64,000 nucleotides of DNA from a virus: the IMG/VR virus record IMGVR_UViG_3300000318_000003; one strand, written 5' to 3'. Made by a program: the position numbers and the translations under genes. How positions within the stretch are numbered: the stretch's first letter is position 1; each line of letters starts with the position of its first letter. The notes under the pieces are model-generated. The model saw nothing but the letters and a program-made list of their open reading frames with translations, made no database searches and had not been told where the DNA came from. Below, piece after piece: positions 9,063 through 17,547 of the stretch.

Positions 9063-10525
9063 CGCCTAATTAGCGATTGCGGGCGATACTGAGTTGACAC
9101 CATACCCGGCATGTAAGGAGCAGGTGCAGCTTGCATTTCGTTCACAGCTAAGTCTCTGCCAGTCATTATGCCATAGCGAAAAGCGTCCATCAAGTGATCC
9201 TTTTCCTTAACAATTCTACCCTTATCATCCCTACGATAGATTTGATACTCATCAAAGAATTTCTTAAGGTCATCGAATATCTTAAGTCTTCCACTACTCA
9301 TTAGTTCCCAACAGGTGTAGAGTCCAGTTTCGACACTCTTATCCGCATTATGCAAATCTAATCCTAAGTCCTTGTACATGTCGAAAAGGTTCTTGCCGTC
9401 AATTTGACTACGTCCATGAGCGGCGTGGTCAATAGCAATAGGAATCCACTTACCAGGGAGAATAATACTTGCGGCATGAACAGCAGGTAACTCTCCTTCT
9501 CTATAGTATTCGTGATAAGCATAGTGAACACCGGTGTCGGGATTGATAGCAAACCATATTGCAGCAGTCTTGTTACCGACGTCCATGCCTGCATAGCGTT
9601 TCCAGTGCTTAGGGATTTCGAAGCGTGGAACTTTAATATCACTCATAGGAATAGGATAAATTGCACCGGATCCCATACTAGGAATACCACGTGTTCTTGC
9701 ATCACGTTGCCATGGAGGAATAGATGCCATTAATTGCACCTTATCGCTTTCGCTAAGATGCGGAACATCGTCCCAAGTACAGAATGTAGCGTGTTTACCA
9801 GGACCTACTTCGCCTTCGCGGAAGTCTGCTCCTTCAAAGAAGTTCTGCACTGTTCCTGAAATGCCATCTAACGGTGTGAAAGTCATCATTAAGATGAGTG
9901 GATCTACACTTGTCGAAGCAGTTCTTAGCAAACATTCTGTAAAGATAGGAAGCGGAGGCTCTTCGTCTAACCAAATATTAGCAGCAACTGACTGAAAAGT
10001 CCTGCGCCCAGATTCGTAACTCTTAAATTCTATGCTCGAAAATCCACCACTAGCGTGCTTAATCTTAAACACTTGAATGCCAGTATCGGCTTTCTTAGCT
10101 TCTTTAAGAGTATCAAAGTCTAAGCAGTCATAGGGTATCATGCCAGTGCCGAATTCACCCACTTTTCCAAGCAAAGCCGGTTGCAATGCTGATTGTATAA
10201 GTGCAGAATCAACACCGCACACCCACCAGTTATTAGGGTGTTCAAAGCGCTTACCTTGCCACCAGTGCGGATACCTGCCAGTCACGTGACAAGTAATTTC
10301 GAAGCTTGCTGCAAAGGTTTTACCGACACGGTTTGCTGCCTGAAAAAGGCGTAATTTATAGGCCGATCCCGCTTTAAAGAACTGCATATGCTTTGCATAG
10401 AGTTCCCTGCGATTTTCGCCAGAATCTGGGTAAAATTTGTCGATAGCGTTGCGTTTAATACGTAGATTGCGCTCTTCGATTAGTTGTAGTAGTTCTATTT
10501 TTTCTTCTGTTGTCAGTCCGAACAT
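9059..10525 (-). CDS. terL: Terminase large subunit
   Basis: Walker A AANRVGKT, Walker B WLDEEP, MTFTP, nuclease GMDVG and DHLMDAFRY. Confidence 0.95.
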   Translation of the reverse strand: MFGLTTEEKIELLQLIEERNLRIKRNAIDKFYPDSGENRRELYAKHMQFFKAGSAYKLRLFQAANRVGKTFAASFEITCHVTGRYPHWWQGKRFEHPNNWWVCGVDSALIQSALQPALLGKVGEFGTGMIPYDCLDFDTLKEAKKADTGIQVFKIKHASGGFSSIEFKSYESGRRTFQSVAANIWLDEEPPLPIFTECLLRTASTSVDPLILMMTFTPLDGISGTVQNFFEGADFREGEVGPGKHATFCTWDDVPHLSESDKVQLMASIPPWQRDARTRGIPSMGSGAIYPIPMSDIKVPRFEIPKHWKRYAGMDVGNKTAAIWFAINPDTGVHYAYHEYYREGELPAVHAASIILPGKWIPIAIDHAAHGRSQIDGKNLFDMYKDLGLDLHNADKSVETGLYTCWELMSSGRLKIFDDLKKFFDEYQIYRRDDKGRIVKEKDHLMDAFRYGIMTGRDLAVNEMQAAPAPYMPGMVSTQYRPQSLIRR

Positions 10526-10535
10526 GCTTAATCCA

Positions 10536-10985
10536 TTAAATGCAATCAGTGTTGTCTCTTATCATTCTAACAATATCGACACCTCTGTTGCCTACCTGTG
10601 TATACCACTGTGAATTTACTAAGGAGAGTGCTGCGGATGTGAAGACTTCCATGTTCATTGCTGTTAAGAAGTTCTTGAATGCCGATAACCTTGTTCTTCC
10701 AAGATTGTAGCACAAATCCACTATTGCACGTTGTCTTACATCACTAAGCTTATCGAAATTCTTTACTAGAAACTTAGCATCCGCAATTGCTGTTCTAATA
10801 TCACTGTCGAACCACGTTTGCACCTGTTCTTTACTCACAGTGCAGCCAAGAGGATACTTTGCTGCTTCGTCTCCTATCAGCAAATGTCCTATACCTACAG
10901 TGTTAAGGTTCTTTGTATCCTTATAGACAACGTACTTTACACCTTCGTGCTTGCATAGTTGTAGGAATAATTTGTTAAGATCCAT
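10536..10985 (-). CDS. Endolysin, T4-lysozyme-like (GH24)
   Basis: Catalytic E-D-T triad HEG..YKDTKNLNTVGIGH; YNLG; WYTQVGNRG. Confidence 0.9.
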   Translation of the reverse strand: MDLNKLFLQLCKHEGVKYVVYKDTKNLNTVGIGHLLIGDEAAKYPLGCTVSKEQVQTWFDSDIRTAIADAKFLVKNFDKLSDVRQRAIVDLCYNLGRTRLSAFKNFLTAMNMEVFTSAALSLVNSQWYTQVGNRGVDIVRMIRDNTDCI

Positions 10986-11325
10986 TGTCTTCCACCGGTT
11001 TCGCTATCGCAGCGAGTGTAAGAAGATTGTTGATCTTGTTATTGAGTTCCGCATCCGTAAGTTCTTCAGCACTGTTGCTTACCGTAACTTCCTGCACTGG
11101 TTGCTCTAAGATGCGTTTCGACATATTTTCGTTAAAGATGATGTATTCCTTAACATTTTTGTCATTTTGAAAGTCATCGAAAAGTTTCAAGAAAGTAATT
11201 GCTTGAATTTCTTGAAAAGTTTTACCGACGTGTTTCTCGATTGCTTCACGTAATTCCTTTACGTGAACTCTGTGCTGACCTTTCTTGGCCCCAGCACCTG
11301 GCCTTGCTCCGCCATGTCCTGCCAT
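10975..11325 (-). CDS. terS: Terminase small subunit
   Basis: HGGARPGAGAKKG N-terminus and ELTDAEL C-terminal motif; upstream of terL. Confidence 0.72.
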   Translation of the reverse strand: MAGHGGARPGAGAKKGQHRVHVKELREAIEKHVGKTFQEIQAITFLKLFDDFQNDKNVKEYIIFNENMSKRILEQPVQEVTVSNSAEELTDAELNNKINNLLTLAAIAKPVEDNGS

Positions 11326-11389
11326 ACTGCCTATCCTTTAAAATAGTAATTTTACCAGCTGAATGCTAAGATTAGCACTCACTGTAGCA

Positions 11390-11896
11390 TTATTTATTAG
11401 AAAGTGCGGAGTTTATAGTTAGAAGTGTGTTCCTACACGATTCATAAGCAATGTTAATGTTATCCGCTTCTAAAGTTAATTTTTGAAGTAGTCCAGTAAA
11501 GTCTGCTGGAAGTACCCCGCTTGCTTCGGAACTGTTTGTTGTACTATTTCCGGTGTTGGAGGTAGTTGAACTTGCGGTGTCACTACTGGAGGTATTGTGG
11601 GTTGGGAGGCGCAGCCTAATAGAAGCCAGCTGCTTATTAAGATTAGTGATAGTGTTCTTAGCATCGTTGTCTTTAACATCTTGTTGTTCCTTTGCTGTCT
11701 TTAGTTGTTCTTCTAAGTGGGAGATGTGTTCAAGTGCATTCTTAGCTGCTACGTCTTGTGCATCCAGTATTTGCTTGTAATAGGCTTGTCTTTCTGTGTA
11801 AGCATTGTGGTGCCCTACGAAGTAAGTTCCTGCTAATGAGGCAATAGTTAGTGCAATGATTATTAGAGTTGTGTTCATGCAGATATTTATGGCCAT
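11390..11896 (-). CDS. Rz: Inner-membrane spanin (Rz-like); start at 11896 or 11878
   Basis: N-terminal transmembrane helix, long coiled coil, C-terminal Cys; contains a nested lipoprotein gene. Confidence 0.78.
   Translation of the reverse strand: MAINICMNTTLIIIALTIASLAGTYFVGHHNAYTERQAYYKQILDAQDVAAKNALEHISHLEEQLKTAKEQQDVKDNDAKNTITNLNKQLASIRLRLPTHNTSSSDTASSTTSNTGNSTTNSSEASGVLPADFTGLLQKLTLEADNINIAYESCRNTLLTINSALSNK
11476..11679 (-). CDS. Rz1: Outer-membrane spanin lipoprotein (Rz1-like), fully embedded in Rz
   Basis: Lipobox LLG-C, Pro-rich mature part, AAGGA RBS, alternate frame inside Rz. Confidence 0.8.
   Translation of the reverse strand: MLKTTMLRTLSLILISSWLLLGCASQPTIPPVVTPQVQLPPTPEIVQQTVPKQAGYFQQTLLDYFKN
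11884..11890 (-). promoter_or_regulatory. ATAAATA motif 5 nt upstream of ATG 11878
   Basis: ggccATAAATAtctgcATG; lies just past a terminator. Confidence 0.45.
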
Positions 11897-11929
11897 AAAA
11901 ATACCCCTATACCGGTAAAAGTATAGGGG
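11897..11929 (-). terminator. Intrinsic terminator ahead of the spanin/terminase operon
   Basis: CCCCTATAC-8nt-GTATAGGGG followed by TATTTTT on minus strand. Confidence 0.7.
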
Positions 11930-12017
11930 AAACAAGAATGAGTATTAACTAGACACAAATCACCACACAGCAGGGAGAAAGTCTATGGGCGAAACTTTTA
12001 CTGCTGTGTAGTTATTT
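11897..12017 (-). ncRNA. Candidate ~120-nt structured small RNA or attenuator leader
   Basis: Bounded by a sigma70-like promoter and a terminator; 9-bp stem 11965-11973/12001-12009; no AUG. Confidence 0.45.
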
Positions 12018-12023
12018 ATATTG

Positions 12024-12052
12024 ATTGTAACATCGTGCTTGTGAATTTGCAA
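12024..12052 (-). promoter_or_regulatory. Sigma70-type promoter TTGCAA-N17-TACAAT with extended TG
   Basis: -35 at 12047-12052, -10 at 12024-12029 on minus strand; TATAAATA follows at 12013-12020. Confidence 0.6.
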
Positions 12053-12166
12053 ATAAAATTTAAACCTTAAAAATAAGGCAAAATTTAGGCATTTTAACAT
12101 CTCTCGCTGTGCTGCTATTGCTCAACACTGTTGTTCTTGTTTTTAGTGCGTTTTTGTAGCAAAAAA

Positions 12167-12195
12167 CCCTACTGCTGCGTATTACAACAGTAGGG
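12167..12195 (-). terminator. Intrinsic terminator
   Basis: CCCTACTG-13nt-CAGTAGGG followed by TTTTTT on minus strand. Confidence 0.7.
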
Positions 12196-12227
12196 CCCGA
12201 CAACAAAATGCTTGCAAATCAAGCACA

Positions 12228-12371
12228 CTATTTATTATCTGTGAGTCTTCTTATCGTGTCACTCTGTTCCTTAACACGCTGTACTAACTTTATTGTTCTT
12301 GCTTGCTGATACGTTTGTCCTTTGAGCTTTGCTATCAACATCTCTTCTTCAGTAAGATTGTAGCTGTCCAT
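12228..12371 (-). CDS. Hypothetical protein (47 aa; likely start MDSYNL)
   Basis: GGA RBS, coupled to the upstream ORF. Confidence 0.55.
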   Translation of the reverse strand: MDSYNLTEEEMLIAKLKGQTYQQARTIKLVQRVKEQSDTIRRLTDNK

Positions 12372-12372
12372 G

Positions 12373-12546
12373 TTATTTCCAGTTAAATCGTTGTGCATCT
12401 CTTTGATACCACTTTGTAAGTCTACTGTCGCAATCTTTGTATTCATCCCTGAACTCTTTGTTTGTTCTTAACAACTGATACAATTCTCCATTAGGTAGAT
12501 TCCCATACTTTAGTTTAAACATAAGTGCTTGCTCTGTGTTATACAT
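12373..12546 (-). CDS. Hypothetical protein (57 aa, not in ORF track)
   Basis: MYNTEQALMFKLKYG...QRFNWK; AAGGA RBS. Confidence 0.6.
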   Translation of the reverse strand: MYNTEQALMFKLKYGNLPNGELYQLLRTNKEFRDEYKDCDSRLTKWYQRDAQRFNWK

Positions 12547-12582
12547 ATTGTCCTTGTTGTAGTGTGCTTTACATCATAAAAG

Positions 12583-12776
12583 TTGCAAAACCCCGGTTTT
12601 GCAAAAAACCTCAAAACTCGTGCACAAGTGCGGCAAAAATCTTAAAAGTTGTTAAAATACATTGTTCTGTTTTTATAATTTACTAACTTATAGTTATTTG
12701 TAGCTAAAAGCGTGTGCACGTTTTGTGCATTGGGCTATTTTTGTGTGCACAAACTGCCTCAACTTGTGCACAAACT
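12583..12776. other. Putative replication origin downstream of helicase
   Basis: GTGCAC palindromes at 12620, 12714, 12745, 12766; TGTGCACAAACT twice; AT-rich core; perfect IR TTGCAAAACC-cc-GGTTTTGCAA at 12583-12604. Confidence 0.6.
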
Positions 12777-12780
12777 TGCG

Positions 12781-14499
12781 TTAATCCTTGTTGTAGATGA
12801 TATTTTCTGGAAAGCTCAACAGTATCTCTAAGTTCTTTAAATCAACAGGCTTCTTAAAGAGCACAGTGCTGATATCAAAGTCTCTATCACTGCTATTTGC
12901 TATCACATAGCTTGTTGCTTGCTTAGTTGCAACGATGTTACTCTTAAAGTTGTATTCAATTCTAGGACGTGCATTACCTTCTAAATATTCATACTCGATC
13001 TTGTTCTTTTCAAGATATAGCTTCCAATCATTCTTAAGTGAAGCATCTTTGTAGTTTTTAAATCCAGTGAGTGTAATTACAGTATGTTTCAGTACTTCCC
13101 AAGGTAAGCAGCTATTCTTTTGTAATACGCTAATCATGAAGTCGAATATAAGATCTTTGTTGCTCTTCTGATCACCAAAACGTGCCTTGTAATCTTGTCC
13201 ATGCAGTGGAGACAAAACATCCATACTAGCAACATCGTGTTTCATTATGATATGCGCAAGCCACTTACCTACTTCTGATCTGTTCTTAATAAGAGTGTTG
13301 ATACTATTCACAAAGACTTTTGCTTCCATTATATCCTTAGCAAATCCTTGTTTCATAGCTTCATCAATCATTACTAAATTAGTAGTCATCACACTATATC
13401 GTCTATCTTCACCGCCTATACCAGTACCAGCTAACTTAACAACACCGTTCTGATTATTACTAGTGAACAGAATGTTGTAATTTCTGTCAGCTACAGTAGC
13501 ATCGATACCCTTCTTTTCGATTCTAAGATCTTCGCTACCTGTTGCATTCTTTAACTTCCCTTCTGGGAGTTCGTTCTCCTTAGGCTCATCATAGTGCAGA
13601 ACAATAGCCATTTCCCAGTTTGCATTAAAACCATCCATGAGTTCTTTATATGCAGCAGGTTGCATGCAAGGATTAGTAAAAATAGTCTTCATTAGCTCCG
13701 CATATCTGCCCTTACCGTTACCGCCAGGATTGCCGCCAATGTCTAAGTTAGGAGTGTTAGCAACTTTATCGGGATTAAGATACTTAAATGCAATCCACTG
13801 TTCTAAGTGATTAATATTCTCTTGCTTGCCACCACCAATACAATTAAACAAGAAATCAAATCGCTTATCATAATTTTGCATGCCATCAAAGTCAGGTTGT
13901 ACCCAAAACTTAGTAATAACACTTGCCTTGTTATAGATGTCGACCTTGTCCCACTTGCTCTTATTAAAGCTACAAGTTGTAATAAGAAAGTCTCTATTAA
14001 GTGTCTGAACATAATCTGTAAGTTCGTTTCGCATTTCGGCCTGCCCGAGTGTTAATAAAGACCCTGCAAACTTGTTAAACATTCTGCCTACTTTATTAGC
14101 ATCGATCATTTCAAAGCGAGGATTACAGATGTTATCGTTTCCCTTTTCCGACATGTCTTTGCAATAGATAAACTTATTTTCTTGAATAAGATATCCGATA
14201 TGATACTTCTCTACAAGTGATTTAATAATTTCTTGCTCTTTTTGTATCTTTACATCTAAACTATCTTTCTTGTCTGCATTTGTAAGATTAGCCTTATCTT
14301 TGTTCAGTTCTATGATTGCTTGTTTTGCATTCTTAATAGCTTGAATAGCAGCATGTTTTTCGACATTATCCATAGGCAAAGACTTGCCCATAGTCTTTCT
14401 TAAATCTATTTCGGTTAACTTCTTATTCTCTTCCGCAATAATATGGGCTTGCGCATCGATTTGTTCTTGTATTTTCTTTAGTGTCTCTTCAATCTGCAT
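12781..14499 (-). CDS. Superfamily 3 (D5/NrS-1-type) DNA helicase
   Basis: Walker A GNPGGNGKG, Walker B HYDE, motif C FTSNN, arginine finger DRRY. Confidence 0.85.
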   Translation of the reverse strand: MQIEETLKKIQEQIDAQAHIIAEENKKLTEIDLRKTMGKSLPMDNVEKHAAIQAIKNAKQAIIELNKDKANLTNADKKDSLDVKIQKEQEIIKSLVEKYHIGYLIQENKFIYCKDMSEKGNDNICNPRFEMIDANKVGRMFNKFAGSLLTLGQAEMRNELTDYVQTLNRDFLITTCSFNKSKWDKVDIYNKASVITKFWVQPDFDGMQNYDKRFDFLFNCIGGGKQENINHLEQWIAFKYLNPDKVANTPNLDIGGNPGGNGKGRYAELMKTIFTNPCMQPAAYKELMDGFNANWEMAIVLHYDEPKENELPEGKLKNATGSEDLRIEKKGIDATVADRNYNILFTSNNQNGVVKLAGTGIGGEDRRYSVMTTNLVMIDEAMKQGFAKDIMEAKVFVNSINTLIKNRSEVGKWLAHIIMKHDVASMDVLSPLHGQDYKARFGDQKSNKDLIFDFMISVLQKNSCLPWEVLKHTVITLTGFKNYKDASLKNDWKLYLEKNKIEYEYLEGNARPRIEYNFKSNIVATKQATSYVIANSSDRDFDISTVLFKKPVDLKNLEILLSFPENIIYNKD

Positions 14500-15445
14500 T
14501 CTCGTATTTCCTCATTATTTGTTCTTTTATTTCTTTCGCACTCAATTGTTTCTTAGCCATTTTAAAATTAGGCTCATACTTTCTAATCATGTAGATAAGT
14601 GATCCTATGCCCAAGGGTCTACTTCTACTTCCCTTTGTGTTAACTTTTCTTTTGTACTCTCCCTGTTCTCGTTCTGGCCATAACTGCGATAGCAAGTTAA
14701 GTCCTGCATTAGTTCCTATTTCATTAGTAGTTGCAAAGATAATAGTAATCCACTGTGTGTAGTTAGGGTTAGGATAATATTGCTTAACTTTTTGCAGCAC
14801 TACTTCTAAATCAGTTTGTGCTACGAAATTATGCTCTTGCACTTCTCTTACTGCAGGTTCTCTACTTTCGAAGTTATCGGGACTTATTATTGCTCCTTTG
14901 TTCCATATAGAATAAGCAAAGTTTCTATTAGGACCACTGTGCAGATAAAAGCTCTGACTCACACTAAAACTTGCTGGATCTACATCCCTAAAAGTTTCTA
15001 GTATTGAGTCCTTCTTAAGATCGAACTCCTGCTTAGTCATCATTCTACTAAAGGGCAGCACTACCCTAAATCGTTCATTAGTAGGAGTGTGCCCAAAAGT
15101 TGTGTAAAGAACATACTCTAAGCCTGTAAGATCAGCAGTCACATCTGCTATTGTTACATCCTTATCGTAATCGAGCATTAGCGCCCAAAGTCCTTCAGCA
15201 TTCTCAGTGCATCTACGAATAGTACCGGGAATTTCTTCCCATGTACTTCTATCAGCACTTGTATATTTTCTGCCAGGTTGCCCATCTTGCTTGAATTGCC
15301 ATGTGTTGAATAGCATAATGTCTTCTTTAACTTTTGTTTCATTAAAAGTTGTAAGCACTTCTGCTATTTCTTCCCACTCAGCATCTAGATTTGTGTCATT
15401 AGTGGAGTATGCTTGTTGCACACTTCCGAACATCGTTAGTCTCAT
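14489..15445 (-). CDS. AEP primase(-polymerase) with PriCT-like C-terminal domain
   Basis: LMLDYD (DxD), YTTFGH, RFRVVLPFSR; C-terminal helical YTQWITI...LGIGSLIY; start MRLTMF by ATGA coupling. Confidence 0.8.
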   Translation of the reverse strand: MRLTMFGSVQQAYSTNDTNLDAEWEEIAEVLTTFNETKVKEDIMLFNTWQFKQDGQPGRKYTSADRSTWEEIPGTIRRCTENAEGLWALMLDYDKDVTIADVTADLTGLEYVLYTTFGHTPTNERFRVVLPFSRMMTKQEFDLKKDSILETFRDVDPASFSVSQSFYLHSGPNRNFAYSIWNKGAIISPDNFESREPAVREVQEHNFVAQTDLEVVLQKVKQYYPNPNYTQWITIIFATTNEIGTNAGLNLLSQLWPEREQGEYKRKVNTKGSRSRPLGIGSLIYMIRKYEPNFKMAKKQLSAKEIKEQIMRKYENAD

Positions 15446-15726
15446 TCTTCTCGATACCTTGCTTTTACATACTCTTCTACAGTCCAATGATGTGATTCTA
15501 TAATTTGTTCACAGTATTTTCTGATGGCAGTTTGAGTATCAGTTAGATTAATAGTTGTATAACCATTACCATAAGCATTCGCACCACCATATAACAATGA
15601 AGTTAAAATATGATATAAATCAACTTTAGTAGCTAAACAGCCATCAACTGCATCGAATACTGTTTGTGGATCACTTCTTTTAAGATGCCTTGCAAGTTTG
15701 TCTTCTTCTGATTCATTCATTGTCAT
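15442..15726 (-). CDS. Hypothetical protein, paralogue 3 of the ExxEDK...WTxEEY family
   Basis: MNESEEDKLARHLK ... HWTVEEY. Confidence 0.7.
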   Translation of the reverse strand: MTMNESEEDKLARHLKRSDPQTVFDAVDGCLATKVDLYHILTSLLYGGANAYGNGYTTINLTDTQTAIRKYCEQIIESHHWTVEEYVKARYREE

Positions 15727-15961
15727 CGTCCATCATCCTGCCATAAGCATCAATAAATTCATCTCTGGTCCAATAATTCTCTTCTAGCAACTTTGTGATG
15801 ACTGGATCATGCGCTTGTGCTTGACCTCCGTGCTTATATTTTGGAATACCTGGATGCCATGTTGTTGGTCTATTAGGGTAGTTGTTGATTATGGTTATCA
15901 TATCGTGGAGATTAGGTTTCTTAATGTGTCTGGCAAGTTTGTCTTCAGGAGTTTCGTTCAT
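15713..15961 (-). CDS. Hypothetical protein, paralogue 2
   Basis: MNETPEDKLARHIK ... YWTRDEF. Confidence 0.7.
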   Translation of the reverse strand: MNETPEDKLARHIKKPNLHDMITIINNYPNRPTTWHPGIPKYKHGGQAQAHDPVITKLLEENYWTRDEFIDAYGRMMDDDNE

Positions 15962-16181
15962 TTGTTTTCCTTGCCTGTTTCATTAGACTATCAAACACAT
16001 TAACCATGTTATCTTGAATTTTACGAATACTATATCCAAGATATTCTTCAGAGGTCCAACCGTATGGTTTTAAGTATTCTGCTAATTCTTCACCTTTAAT
16101 TTTAAACAAAGGTTCCGGTATATCTTCGAAGTTTGCTTTTTGTAATTTCTTAAATGTTTTGTCTTCTGGTGATTCACTCAT
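15945..16181 (-). CDS. Hypothetical protein, paralogue 1
   Basis: MSESPEDKTFKKLQ ... GWTSEEY. Confidence 0.7.
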   Translation of the reverse strand: MSESPEDKTFKKLQKANFEDIPEPLFKIKGEELAEYLKPYGWTSEEYLGYSIRKIQDNMVNVFDSLMKQARKTNERNS

Positions 16182-16732
16182 TTCTTTTTCCTCTTTTCTA
16201 ATAGTGCTCTTGTTCCTGCACTCATAAATCTATCTTGCGGTTTCTCAAAAGAATACAAAGGCTCTTGCCAGTCGAATAAATCTACACCTGGGTAGCCTGT
16301 TCTTGTTTTCTTAATTAGATTAGCGGCCTTTTTACGTGCTTCTGCTTCTTGAATTTCGCGGTCTCTTTCTTGCAAAAATTCTGCAGCAGTTGTAAACTGT
16401 TGGCCTTTGCCTCGCATAACAAGTATAGCGTCTCGTTCGGCTGCTTGCAACGAATCCCCGGCCTTCATGTTGGTAAGGTCATAGCCTTCCATGAGCAGGG
16501 TGTAGACCCAAAAGTCTTCATAGTGCTCAGTACATGGGCCCACTTCCGCTAAGGGTACAAGCTCCCATTGCTTGCCTTCTGCTTCTAGTTTTCGTATGTG
16601 CTGATACTTTGCTTCCGTGCCCTTAGTTTTGCTATAATTGTGTTCACGCAATCTGCGTGTCACATCTTTAGTTCTTCCTACGTAGAACGGAGCACCTTGT
16701 ACTTCACACAGTGCATAAATTGTTTCTATCAT
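16178..16732 (-). CDS. GIY-YIG nuclease domain protein
   Basis: IYAL...FYVGRT...RRLREH; start MIETIY with GAGGA RBS. Confidence 0.8.
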   Translation of the reverse strand: MIETIYALCEVQGAPFYVGRTKDVTRRLREHNYSKTKGTEAKYQHIRKLEAEGKQWELVPLAEVGPCTEHYEDFWVYTLLMEGYDLTNMKAGDSLQAAERDAILVMRGKGQQFTTAAEFLQERDREIQEAEARKKAANLIKKTRTGYPGVDLFDWQEPLYSFEKPQDRFMSAGTRALLEKRKKK

Positions 16733-16855
16733 ATAATTCCTCGTTAAATCCCACCTAGTGTTTAAAGAATATACTTGCTGGCCAGCAAGTATATTCACAT
16801 GAGGTAAGATACACTAACAACTGAGTGCTAATGTACTGAATAAAGTTCAGTCTAG

Positions 16856-16917
16856 TATTTATAATGTGAGTACAAAATTCGGGTTTAAACAGGCAAAAAA
16901 TGGCCACTTTATAAATA
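16856..16917. promoter_or_regulatory. Divergent pair of TATAAATA motifs (minus 16856-16863; plus 16910-16917)
   Basis: Only divergent intergenic region of the genome; each motif faces its operon; ACTGAA-5nt-TTCAGT IR at 16835-16851. Confidence 0.55.
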
Positions 16918-16938
16918 TGTAGTCAACAAAGGAGCCTT

Positions 16939-17547
16939 ATGACAACAAAACAACCCCAATCAACACAAGTTATGAAATTTATTTCTAAAGAACAAGTCTA
17001 TGCAGCCTATGCTAACGGAGTCTTTGACGAGGATATCATAGCAGAAGACACGTACGATACCTATGAAGAAAATCGCTTGCAAAATCCTTCAGGTCTTAGT
17101 GAGTGGAAAGTAAAGCAAGTCCTCGAAACTAACAAAGCAATCGAACTCTGGATGCTAATGGAAACTGATTACGATGTAGATTACACCGATGATATTATTA
17201 GCAAGTGGACACAGCTACCTATAAATCTTCGTAAAAAAGACTTAAATTCTGTCTCTAAACAACGTCTCGCACCCGTAACACCATTTAAGGCTGTTATGAA
17301 CAAAATTAGCGCGAAAAAGGCAGAAAAAACAAAGCTAGCGCGCATCGTAAAAGTGTTTACTAACGGGGATACAGAAGTTGTAGAGGCAGAAGAGCAAGAC
17401 TCAGATGGTCCAAGACTGGGCAAAGAAGTGTGCTACAAAGGCACAGTGATTGAATCGATAAGTGAGGCAGCACGACAGCACGGAGTAACACGCAATCACA
17501 TTCGTGCGTGGTGCAAAAAAGGAATTAACGGATGGAGTTTTAAGTAA
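16939..17547 (+). CDS. Protein with C-terminal NUMOD1-like helix-turn-helix DNA-binding domain
   Basis: KGTVIESISEAARQHGVTRNHIRAWCKKG..GWSF; AAAGGAG RBS. Confidence 0.65.
   Translation: MTTKQPQSTQVMKFISKEQVYAAYANGVFDEDIIAEDTYDTYEENRLQNPSGLSEWKVKQVLETNKAIELWMLMETDYDVDYTDDIISKWTQLPINLRKKDLNSVSKQRLAPVTPFKAVMNKISAKKAEKTKLARIVKVFTNGDTEVVEAEEQDSDGPRLGKEVCYKGTVIESISEAARQHGVTRNHIRAWCKKGINGWSFK

Noticed and set aside
12034-12040. CGTGCTT heptamer in the promoter spacer, matching the 341-536 element
   Set aside because: The same heptamer also occurs singly inside several coding regions (portal, terL, lysozyme), so a lone copy is consistent with chance.
16850-16920. TTTATAAATA read as an archaeal TATA box
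   Set aside because: Lysozyme, Rz/Rz1 lipoprotein spanins and bacterial SD sequences indicate a Gram-negative bacterial host.
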